Source: Caecitellus pseudoparvulus (lineage: Eukaryota > Protista > Bigyra: Bicosoecida). From it: 52,230 bases of DNA. Every line of letters starts with the position of its first letter. The stretch's first letter is position 1. Of the stretch, positions 45,001 to 50,396 are shown piece by piece. The notes beneath the pieces were generated by a model. That model was not told where the DNA came from, searched no databases, and saw nothing but the letters and a program-made list of their open reading frames with translations. The position numbers were made by a program, and so were the translations under genes. The stretch spans positions 1 through 52,230 of the forward strand of contig CBFFRQ010000164.1 of assembly GCA_965644315.1 (NCBI GenBank). Reading direction: 5' to 3'.

Positions 45001-47504
45001 CCAACCCAAGGCTCGCAAGCGCTTACCACCAAGCCGTGTTCAAGGCGGGGCAGACTTTGGCCCCTTCTGCAAACCTCAGCTCTGTTCAAGTTGTTGGCTT
45101 TGACAGCCTGGATCGCAGCAGGGCTTTTGTCAATGGGTCTGCGCTTCTGGTACCTGCAGGTGCAGAGCTGGTGGCTGGGCAGGTAGAGTTCCTCCCATGC
45201 CAGCGTGGCGACATGTGTTTGCAGTCTAAGCTGGGCGGAGTCACATGTGCTGCTGGGCACAGAGGCATCTCTTGCGCAGAATGTGCCCCCGGCTGGGTGA
45301 AGCAAGGCACCAGATGCGCAAAGTGCGCCTCCCGCTCACTGCTTTTGCTTTCGTTTCTGGGGGGTGGCTTTGCTGCAGCCATCATGGTGTACTACCTCGC
45401 CTCCAAGGCAGATGCCAAACTTGGAGACTACGACTCCTCATCATCCGATGCAAACTTTGCTGTTGGTGTGTTTCGTATCGTTTCTTCTTGGGCTCAGCTG
45501 CACACTATTCTGGCGTCATTGTCATTTGCCCCAGAGGGCTTTGCGGATAACTTGATTCGGTTCCTGAGCGTGTCCGTCTTCGGTGCAGCAACGGACACTA
45601 GTTCTCTAAAGTGCCTTGGCACTTTTGATGGGTATGATGAGCTTGTCTTCATGCTGTGCCTCCCTTTTCTGGCGGTCGCAGTGCCTTTCGTCCTGTTCTT
45701 GGTGAACAGATTCTTGGACGCGAGCATGTCAACATCAAAGGGAAAGAAAACCCGCAAAAACCGAAGGGGGAAGCAGCGAAGAACGCTCAAGCAGGTGGCA
45801 AAGCTCCAAGCGAAGGTCGCTGCCGCGAAAGTGACGCTGGCCCAAAGCATCCTGGACGACTCGCCAGGAGCCAGTGCGCAGTTGCCATCAGCCCCACCGC
45901 AATCTGCACCTTCCACTTCCAGCCAGCATGCAGCAGGCAGCTACTCTTCTGAATCGGCAACGATGATCGATGACAGCAAGCATGGAAGCGCAGCGCCATC
46001 AGATGACCGAGAAGCAATAGCTGTGACTGACCTAGCTGCCTCAAGCACGCCTGCACAAGATGTAAAGACTGGAACTTCACTCCTTGAGCGCAGAGGCCTG
46101 AAACCCCTTGCGTCGGTGTCAACGATGCGGATGCTCCCCAGCTTGCCTCCCATTCGCAGGGCTGAATCCCGCCACCGTGCCGACCAGCCGGCCATGCCGC
46201 AGTCACATCTGCAGCCTTTGAGGTCTGGCTCACTTTCTCCGCTTGCGAAGCCACTTCGGGTTCGCAGCAAAGAATCCCCAGAGCAGGCCCCTGCGAGCTT
46301 GCTGCCACCAGCTCCCTCCAAGCCACTTCCTGCGACTGAAACTGTCACACCCTCAAGCAGCAACACTGGTGCTGCCAAGCACACTGGGTTTGTGATGATT
46401 CCGCAGCCAGACACTGTGAAACCTTCTGAAAAGGTATTGAAGCGGCAAATGTCAACGAGGCCTGACCGGACTGTGGGTCAAGCAAGGCGCCGCACTGGTG
46501 GGTTGTCAAAGAAGGTTCGTCGGCAGCTCGAGACTGCTACTCGAGCCACCCTTCTGTTGCTGACGCTGACACACTTTGGCATTGCTCAAGTTTGCCTAAG
46601 AATGCTTGACACAACCAGAAACCCCGTCTTTGGGTTCATTGTTGTTCGGTCAGCTCCAAACATGGGCAGCATGGACGGCTGGTTTGCAACCTCTCAGGCC
46701 ATGGCTGTGCTTGGGCTGGTGATGTGGACCTTCGGCCTTCCAGTTCTCGCCACTGTCTACCTCTTTCGACATCGCAAGACTCTGCACTTGAACTTCATGC
46801 AGCGAGTCGCAGGCGCGCTCTATGCAGGCTACAGAATTCCAGCCTTGCCAGATGGGTGCCCCACAGGAGCGTTCGGCGTGAAGGACCTGCCACTTCTTAA
46901 GGCTCACGCAGCCACACAGCAAAACTTCTTCTTCTGGGAAATGCTGCTCGTTCTTCCAAGGAAGTTCCTGCTGACTGCAGCCGCTGTCCTGATCAAAGCT
47001 CCGGGCACGCAGGCAATGATCGCAATCGGACTTATCAGCACAAACCTTGTCCTGCACACGTATGCGCTTCCGTTCCGGCACAAGCTGCTTAATGTTGTGG
47101 AGGGCATTGGCCTAGGTGCGCTTTTGTCGGAGTTGGTCAGCGGTGTGGCGTCCTCGAACACATCAAGCAGATCGTGGCTTGCTTTCTCGTTCTCAATCCT
47201 TGGGTCTGTGTCTACCTTCGCTTTCCTTGCCTTGGCTTTTGTGCTGCTTGCATCGGCTGTGAAGGCTGATCTGACCGCCCGGAAGCGGAATGTGGAAGAG
47301 TGGCTGTCAGCCCAGTTGGAAAGCCAAGGGTTGCCAGCTCGCCCTCCATCCGTGTGCGCCTGGTGGTGCACGTTTGGCTGCGGCCGCACAACAGCTGCCT
47401 TGATGTCCACTGCAGGATGCTTGAACTTGAGAACTGCCATTCTTCTTTCGCAAGATGGCGCCCTGGCACCCAAGCTCGCACATGTTCTCGAAGATGATGA
47501 ATAG
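30051..47504 (+). CDS. Giant mucin-stalk multi-pass membrane protein (~5,800 aa): signal peptide, Ser/Thr repeat stalk, beta-rich region, GCC2/GCC3 (ephrin-receptor-like) Cys repeats, ~9 TM helices
   Basis: Uninterrupted ORF 29979..47504. ATG at 30051 begins MRFPLALLMVASLAVCQEA (signal peptide-like). Cys motifs CVCKQGF..CSPCEAGQY..CEQCPAG..CVPC and CAAGHRGISCAECAPGW..CAKC lie at ~44690-45330. Hydrophobic helices at ~45335-47260 carry LYAGY, FFFWEMLLVLPRKFLL and HTYALPF..LN.VE motifs typical of protist Cys-rich multi-TM receptors with a TRP/FLC-like C-terminus. Stop TAG at 47502-47504. Confidence 0.88.
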   Translation: MRFPLALLMVASLAVCQEATGGMGRDTRSTHVPSLSSASGRPLQRGNAHSMRQMSSLKRPLLSWDTGRRRHERTGARAPRPESGRKPGPGQPAAAVPSLTPSSATRTSASKRRSQKKKTEGGTDQPTHFKLIENHHKRQLAASPSTTASCTPSVSGTATSSVSGTPSVSGTATSSVSGTPSVSGTATSSVSGTPSVSGTATSSVSGTPSVSGTATSSVSGTPSVSGTATSSVSGTPSVSGTATSSVSGTPSVSGTATSSVSGTPSVSGTATSSVSGTPSVSGTATSSVSGTPSVSGTATSSVSGTPSVSGTATSSVSGTPSVSGTATSSVSGTPSVSGTATSSVSGTPSVSGTATSSVSGTPSVSGTATSSVSGTPSVSGTATSSVSGTPSVSGTATSSVSGTPSVSGTATSSVSGTPSVSGTATSSVSGTPSVSGTATSSVSGTPSVSGTATSSVSGTPSVSGTATSSVSGTPSVSGTATSSVSGTPSVSGTATSSVSGTPSVSGTATSSVSGMPSVSGTATSSVSGTPSVSGTATSSVSGTPSVSGTATSSVSGTPSVSGTATSSVSGTPSVSGTATSSVSGTPSVSGMATSSVSGTPSVSGTATSSVSGTPSVSGTATSSVSGTPSVSGTATSSVSGTPSVSGTATSSVSGTPSVSGTATSSVSGTPSVSGTATSSVSGTPSVSGTATSSVSGTPSVSGTATSSVSGTPSVSGTATSSVSGTPSVSGTATSSVSGTPSVSGTATSSVSGTPSVSGTATSSVSGTPSVSGTATSSVSGTPSVSGTATSSVSGTPSVSGTATSSVSGTPSVSGTATSSVSGTPSVSGTATSSVSGTPSVSGTATSSVSGTPSVSGTATSSVSGTPSVSGTATSSVSGTPSVSGTATSSVSGTPSVSGTATSSVSGTPSVSGTATSSVSGTPSVSGTATSSVSGTPSVSGTATSSVSGTPSVSGTATSSVSGTPSVSGTATSSVSGTPSVSGTATSSVSGTPSVSGTATSSVSGTPSVSGTATSSVSGTPSVSGTATSSVSGTPSVSGTATSSVSGTPSVSGTATSSVSGTPSVSGTATSSVSGTPSVSGTATSSVSGTPSVSGTATSSVSGTPSVSGTATSSVSGTPSVSGTATSSVSGTPSVSGTATSSVSGTPSVSGTATSSVSGTPSVSGTATSSVSGTPSVSGTATSSVSGTPSVSGTATSSVSGTPSVSGTATSSVSGTPSVSGTATSSVSGTPSVSGTATSSVSGTPSVSGTATSSVSGTPSVSGTATSSVSGTPSVSGTATSSVSGTPSVSGTATSSVSGTPSVSGTATSSVSGTPSVSGTATSSVSGTPSVSGTATSSVSGTPSVSGTATSSVSGTPSVSGTATSSVSGTPSVSGTATSSVSGTPSVSGTATSSVSGTPSVSGTATSSVSGTPSVSGTATSSVSGTPSVSGTATSSVSGTPSVSGTATSSVSGTPSVSGTATSSVSGTPSVSGTATSSVSGTPSVSGTATSSVSGTPSVSGTATSSVSGTPSVSGTATSSVSGTPSVSGTATSSVSGTPSVSGTATSSVSGTPSVSGTATSSVSGTPSVSGTATSSVSGTPSVSGTATSSVSGTPSVSGTATSSVSGTPSVSGTATSSVSGTPSVSGTATSSVSGTPSVSGTATSSVSGTPSVSGTATSSVSGTPSVSGTATSSVSGTPSVSGTATSSVSGTPSVSGTATSSVSGTPSVSGTATSSVSGTPSVSGTATSSVSGTPSVSGTATSSVSGTPSVSGTATSSVSGTPSVSGTATSSVSGTPSVSGTATSSVSGTPSVSGTATSSVSGTPSVSGTATSSVSGTPSVSGTATSSVSGTPSVSGTATSSMSGTPSVSGTATSSVSGTPSVSGTATSSVSGTPSVSGTATSSVSGTPSVSGTATSSVSGTPSVSGTATSSVSGTPSVSGTATSSVSGTPSVSGTATSSVSGTPSVSGTATSSVSGTPSVSGTATSSVSGTPSVSGTATSSVSGTPSVSGTATSSMSGTPSVSGTATSSVSGTPSVSGTATSSVSGTPSVSGTATSSVSGTPSVSGTATSSVSGTPSVSGTATSSVSGTPSVSGTATSSVSGTPSVSGGTATSSVSGTPSVSGTATSSVSGTPSVSGTATSGVSGTPSVSGTATSSVSGTPSVSGTATSSVSGTPSVSGTATSSVSGTPSVSGTATSSVSGTPSVSGTATSSVSGTPSVSGTATSSVSGTPSVSGTATSSVSGTPSVSGTATSSVSGTPSVSGTATSSVSGTPSVSGTATSSVSGTPSVSGTATSSVSGTPSVSGTATSSVSGTPSVSGTATSSVSGTPSVSGTATSSVSGTPSVSGTATSSVSGTPSVSGTATSSVSGTPSVSGTATSSVSGTPSVSGTATSSVSGTPSVSGTATSSVSGTPSVSGTATSSVSGTPSVSGTATSSVSGTPSVSGTATSSVSGTPSVSGTATSSVSDTPSVSGTATSSVSGTPSVSGTATSGVSGTPSVSGTATSSVSGTPSVSGTATSSVSGTPSVSGTATSSVSGTPSVSGTATSSVSGTPSVSGTATSSVSGTPSVSGTATSSVSGTPSVSGTATSSVSGTPSVSGTATSSVSGTPSVSGTATSSVSGTPSVSGTATSSVSGTPSVSGTATSSVSGTPSVSGTATSSVSGTPSVSGTATSSVSGTPSVSGTATSSVSGTPSVSGTATSSVSGTPSVSGTATSSVSGTPSVSGTATSSVSGTPSVSGTATSSVSGTPSVSGTATSSVSGTPSVSGTATSSVSGTPSVSGTATSSVSGTPSVSGTATSSVSGTPSVSGTATSSVSGTPSVSGTATSSVSGTPSVSGTATSSVSGTPSVSGTATSSVSGTPSVSGTATSSVSGTPSVSGTATSSVSGTPSVSGTATSSVSGTPSVSGTATSSVSGTPSVSGTATSSVSGTPSVSGTATSSVSGTPSVSGTATSSVSGTPSVSGTATSSVSGTPSVSGTATSSVSGTPSVSGTATSSVSGTPSVSGTATSSVSGTPSVSGTATSSVSGTPSVSGTATSSVSGTPSVSGTATSSVSGTPSVSGTATSSVSGTPSVSGTATSSVSGTPSVSGTATSSVSGTPSVSGTATSSVSGTPSVSGTATSSVSGTPSVSGTATSSVSGTPSVSGTATSSVSGTPSVSGTATSSVSGTPSVSGTATSSVSGTPSVSGTATSSVSGTPSVSGTATSSVSGTPSVSGTATSSVSGTPSVSGTATSSVSGTPSVSGTATSSVSGTPSVSGTATSSVSGTPSVSGTATSSVSGTPSVSGTATSSVSGTPSVSGTATSSVSGTPSVSGTATSSVSGTPSVSGTATSSVSGTPSVSGTATSSVSGTPSVSGTATSSVSGTPSVSGTATSSVSGTPSVSGTATSSVSGTPSVSGTATSSVSGTPSVSGTATSSVSGTPSVSGTATSSVSGTPSVSGTATSSVSGTPSVSGTATSSVSGTPSVSGTATSSVSGTPSVSGTATFSVCGTPSVSGTATSSVSGTPSVSGTATSSVSGTPSVSGTATSSVSGTPSVSGTATSSVSGTPSVSGTATSSVSGTPSVSGTATSSVSGTPSVSGTATSSVSGTPSVSGTATSSVSGTPSVSGTATSSVSGTPSVSGTATSSVSGTPSVSGTATSSVSGTPSVSGTATSSVSGTPSVSGTATSSVSGTPSVSGTATSSVSGTPSVSGTATSSVSGTPSVSGTATSSVSGTPSVSGTATSSVSGTPSVSGTATSSVSGTPSVSGTATSSVSGTPSVSGTATSSVSGTPSVSGTATSSVSGTPSVSGTATSSVSGTPSVSGTATSSVSGTPSVSGTATSSVSGTPSVSGTATSSVSGTPSVSGTATSSVSGTPSVSGTATSSVSGTPSVSGTATSSVSGTPSVSGTATSSVSGTPSVSGTATSSVSGTPSVSGTATSSVSGTPSVSGTATSSVSGTPSVSGTATSSVSGTPSVSGTATSSVSGTPSVSGTATSSVSGTPSVSGTATSSVSGTPSVSGTATSSVSGTPSVSGTATSSVSGTPSVSGTATSSVSGTPSVSGTATSSVSGTPSVSGTATSSVSGTPSVSGTATSSVSGTPSVSGTATSSVSGTPSVSGTATSSVSGTPSVSGTATSSVSGTPSVSGTATSSVSGTPSVSGTATSSVSGTPSVSGTVSSSASPSSKSTSAPFPPVWFGSYRRVFLTVDLNSTLVAPVSVLDPDRTNGVVLTSTLVLLSAGADSVSGTPKVSVSCVFDVTGEGDLVTSVLPEWAPCAGATWFEPLVTSIGSDRFQVQVMVSAPSSLTFPELTSKDCLSPLEFGIAPNPSFYVLLGAKGVTGLERHSLIPVRLDPLRCSEDEISSRTSPSPIVPVPPSPRGTPPPTVLPTRPAATALASPLPTPTRTPLPSLFLSASDNHVELLWTASEAISEVEKVASLSVSASSSLLWEASASDVQGLRVQSASTLHSSGSGRTELLQVTYSFPGSGFSSKRGSIVIFATSAVGYSTLDVSRVSPVSISVLIRVDWPQLQVFPNQLYLHIQRSAFESQECRVSNPGTGTLVWSAEVLLDADDAGVVLCSEVSCTVPSALQVPHALGTFLLNYRVSRVERLRISGETAPGSFSRFFVVAVRGLNRRTHGRVVVSSQISLQPSSVVELEVQQSSLQAIPPRLQLRCGGRSRCLGSVRVRSVSGLPTAVSYVQQANGSAPGLDSRLSVVSSLPAVLSSPNEFVTLFVTVPKDSLTCQTSCSRNALSSFLLVRAVSSTPSVTDFLRVPVQVIRVPSRARARFSTFSPRLAARSSTLLRRALQSEQLEMLGSGIVPVFPPSVDQDTKLVISRRAESGAEPDLAKTGSVSLFLLASGPHAQLPFAVSEAPSASTYQQTFDLVSSYPSTGVLHASIAGVPVGGSGGSKANLAATALARSCDDATEVQQGVECVCKQGFEQAERPDGNSTTQCSPCEAGQYRSQLSPLMVCEQCPAGTRPTVDRAHCVPCFDQTEGGSCSSGVVTVEHGFWCELCVLDTVSFSSNPRLASAYHQAVFKAGQTLAPSANLSSVQVVGFDSLDRSRAFVNGSALLVPAGAELVAGQVEFLPCQRGDMCLQSKLGGVTCAAGHRGISCAECAPGWVKQGTRCAKCASRSLLLLSFLGGGFAAAIMVYYLASKADAKLGDYDSSSSDANFAVGVFRIVSSWAQLHTILASLSFAPEGFADNLIRFLSVSVFGAATDTSSLKCLGTFDGYDELVFMLCLPFLAVAVPFVLFLVNRFLDASMSTSKGKKTRKNRRGKQRRTLKQVAKLQAKVAAAKVTLAQSILDDSPGASAQLPSAPPQSAPSTSSQHAAGSYSSESATMIDDSKHGSAAPSDDREAIAVTDLAASSTPAQDVKTGTSLLERRGLKPLASVSTMRMLPSLPPIRRAESRHRADQPAMPQSHLQPLRSGSLSPLAKPLRVRSKESPEQAPASLLPPAPSKPLPATETVTPSSSNTGAAKHTGFVMIPQPDTVKPSEKVLKRQMSTRPDRTVGQARRRTGGLSKKVRRQLETATRATLLLLTLTHFGIAQVCLRMLDTTRNPVFGFIVVRSAPNMGSMDGWFATSQAMAVLGLVMWTFGLPVLATVYLFRHRKTLHLNFMQRVAGALYAGYRIPALPDGCPTGAFGVKDLPLLKAHAATQQNFFFWEMLLVLPRKFLLTAAAVLIKAPGTQAMIAIGLISTNLVLHTYALPFRHKLLNVVEGIGLGALLSELVSGVASSNTSSRSWLAFSFSILGSVSTFAFLALAFVLLASAVKADLTARKRNVEEWLSAQLESQGLPARPPSVCAWWCTFGCGRTTAALMSTAGCLNLRTAILLSQDGALAPKLAHVLEDDE
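30501..42449 (+). repeat. Coding minisatellite, 42-bp unit (TPSVSGTATSSVSG), ~284 copies
   Basis: Unit acg ccg agt gtg agc ggc acg gcg acg tc(c/t) agc gtg agc gg(c/g) repeats without a frameshift over ~11.95 kb. There is one 3-bp insertion near 36312-36317. Confidence 0.98.
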
Positions 47505-47885
47505 CGCATGGTTTAGGAAGTTCAATGCATTGTAGCCTCTTGTTTTCACCACACTCACCTCACACTTGCTCCTCGAAAGAAGCGGGCCACGGTTCTCGCT
47601 TGCGTCGCGCACATATCTTGCACGAAACATGGTGAGTCACCGTGTGAAATGAGCATGTTCCATCAGGAACATGGTACTTTAATGTTCTTCGTCGTCATTC
47701 AGGCGTTCGGCGCCTGTTGGGCGAGTTGGGCGCGGGTTTCGGCCTTGGCGTGTTGGGGGCGCCGCGGCGACCCCGCGCACACCTCGCCACCCCGCGACCC
47801 AAAAAACGGCCCCGCCGCGCGTTACGACACTGGGAATTTCGGAATAACATCTTAGAATGCACTATCAACCCAAAGCAAGCTTTTA

Positions 47886-50396
47886 TCACTCACTTTCTTG
47901 CTCCTCTGCTGCGCCATCTCGCCCGGGAGCGAGGTGGCTTGGCATGGTCCAGGCAGCAGGCGTGGCGGCCGTGTAGCGGGCTCGCCGCGCGAGGTCCGCG
48001 GCGGGCTGCCCGCGTTCCACGCCTGCGCCCTGAAGTTGAGCTTCTACCACGTGATCAAACACGGTCCCACAGTACCGGATGCACGTTTTCAGGACTTTCG
48101 TCCATCCGGGAGGTGCGGCGACCACCTCGTGGGGCCAGTAGAAACTTTTGCCGTCAGCGGCACCCCCAGAATTCGGGAGCAACTTTTGCCGCAAGGGCCC
48201 AGCAAATGCCTCCAGTGCTTCAGCGGCTTTCACTGGGTCTTGGTCCAGTAGATGGGTCGAGTTTCGGACTGGAACACGCAACCGTTCCATGTGTGGTGCC
48301 GTGAGGGCAGCACAAGTTGCGTGATCCCAGTCCGCACACTCGGGTGCTCCCGTGGGCCACTGACCACACAAGGCGAGCCGCTTTAGCAACGCCCGGGAGT
48401 TCTGGCATGAGATACGTGTTCCAGTGTCCAGTTGACAGCCAGCCTGCACCGCTGTGTGCAGGCTTTCTGGAATGGTGACGTATCTCAGGGGTGGGTGCCG
48501 GAGGGCCTCGGCCGTCGGCCGCCTCGGCACAGTGGTTGACTTTGCCGCTTCGTCACAGTCCTGCATGTTCTGCTCAGCCTCTCGGAAGAACGCCAGACGT
48601 TCTAGAGACACTGAGGGGCAGTCCAGCAGAATGTGGTCTAAAATGAACTCCGCATCGCGTATTTCGGGGTCCAAACACAGAGGACATGCGATATACGGCG
48701 TCAGGAGTGCACCCGGATGCAGGAGCTGCTGTGTCTGCAGCATGAACACCTTCGGCAACCAACTTCTGTCAGGATGACAGACGGTCCAAGCACTACAGGG
48801 AACACTCGGAATCGGATGCAGTTCCGCGTGTGTTCGCGCTCGGATGTCCAAATGGTGAGACCTCGGCGAGAGCGTCGGATTCACTCTTTTGTCGCCTATT
48901 TCTCCCCGAGGTGAGTGGCCCGGGTACTCAGCAGGTAGGAACATGGTCTCCCGGTACATGTCTGTTCTTTGCGTTCGTGCAATGAACACGTACGACTCCA
49001 GGAGGTCCAAACGCTGCCTCAACGTGAAAGTGGCCGGGAAGTCAACCGACCTGTCGAACCTCGCAGAGGCCACAGGAACACTTGTTGCGACGAACAACTT
49101 CGGGCCGTTTTGGGCCGTGTTCTTGGGCAGCTTTAAGGCCTTTTGGAGAGATCGCATCTCTTCGTGTAGGGCCGTGGTGTCCCGATTTCCGCTCAAATCG
49201 TGCCACCTCGCGGCCATGGCCAGAACGCCGAACACACCTTCGTGGTACCCCAACAGGCGCAACTCAAGTAGGGGTCTGACCGCCCACGGAGTGCCTGTAC
49301 CGTAAAAGGTGTGCTTTGATGCCGCTACGTCTTCCAAAAGTAGGGCCGAAGGGACCCTCTCGTCCGGGACGTCCGCGACCATCGTTCGGCCCTGCCACAC
49401 GCTCACCATCAGGATTCTGAAAGCAGGCGAATCCACCACAGCCTGCTTGAGTGTGCGGACTATGAAACCAATGCGACTCCGCATCGTGCGCATGTGCGTC
49501 AGAGGAATACCAGCCGCTGCAAGGACCGCGCCGTGTTGGACGCGCATCGGATGGAGCTGAAAACCGAACACGGATTTGTCCAGAACACTGCCAACGGCAT
49601 TGTCGCACATGCGGTCGGGCATGAGCGAGTGCTTGCCGGTGATGGCCAGCGTGTAGTCGGCTGCTGCGACCACTGAGGTCCTCAAAAGGCGGTGCGCTGC
49701 CGACGGGGCGAGCCATTCGGCCGCAGAAATCGCCACAGAAGAATGCCCAGCCATGCTCAAGGTGGTTGCGGCATGTCGACGAGCTGTTTTATGTTGTATG
49801 AACAGCTTGGCTTGTAGCGGTGTTCCTAAGTACTCGTACTCGTCCGTGAGAGGGATCCGCTTTCCGTCGACGGTTAGCGCCTGTGACTCCGCAGCAAGGC
49901 GTTTCTTGGCGCTGACTATCTGCACATGGAGTCGGCTCATGCGATACGCAAGTCGTGGTGTTGGTCGCATGATCATGATGGCCGACTTGGAGGCGTTGAC
50001 TCTGAGCCCAAGCAGCGCCCCGACCCGCCTGACGATGGTGATCGCACGGATCACGGCGTCCGCGCTGTCTACGACGAGTCCCAGGTCGTCTGCGTACAGC
50101 GCGTGGCTGAATCGGGGTCCGGTGTGGACTGGGTCCCCCCTTGAATGCAGTAGCTTGACCCCCAGTGTCGGTTTTTCCCCCGTTCCCTCCCCCGGAATGT
50201 GGTTCAAGGAGAGCGCACGGGACACCAGGTCGACCGCGATCTTGAATAGGAGGGGCGAGAGGACGCTTCCTTGCGCTACGCCACTGGTCGCATGGATAGC
50301 CTCGGTCATGCCGTGTTCCGTGTCGATGCAGACGCTGGCGTTCTCGATGAAGTCCACAAGGAGTCGCCTGGTGGTGCGGTCCAGCGGCAAGTGGTC
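47886..50396 (-). mobile_element. 5'-truncated non-LTR (LINE-like) retrotransposon, RT-ORF remnant, telomere-capped
   Basis: 834-aa stop-free frame with GVAQGSVLSPLLF, LYADDL (50085-50096), GLRVNASKS, YEYLG and a C-X2-C-X13-H-X4-C knuckle (48618-48686). The frame has no ATG start and begins between RT motifs A and B, directly at the telomeric repeats. The true 3' end (UTR) probably lies further left and is not resolved. Confidence 0.9.

Noticed and set aside
47640-47790. Possible hammerhead ribozyme (minus-strand GGCCGAAAC, CTGAATGA, CTGATGG)
   Set aside because: No intact CUGANGA core in the right order and spacing relative to GAAA with three closing stems.
47886-50396. RT as telomerase (TERT), Penelope-like, or group II intron RT
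   Set aside because: QGSVLSPLLF/YADDL/GL.VN..KS/Y.YLG plus a downstream CCHC knuckle fit non-LTR elements. The QG motif lacks the PLE-type MG signature and no TERT-specific motifs were recognised.
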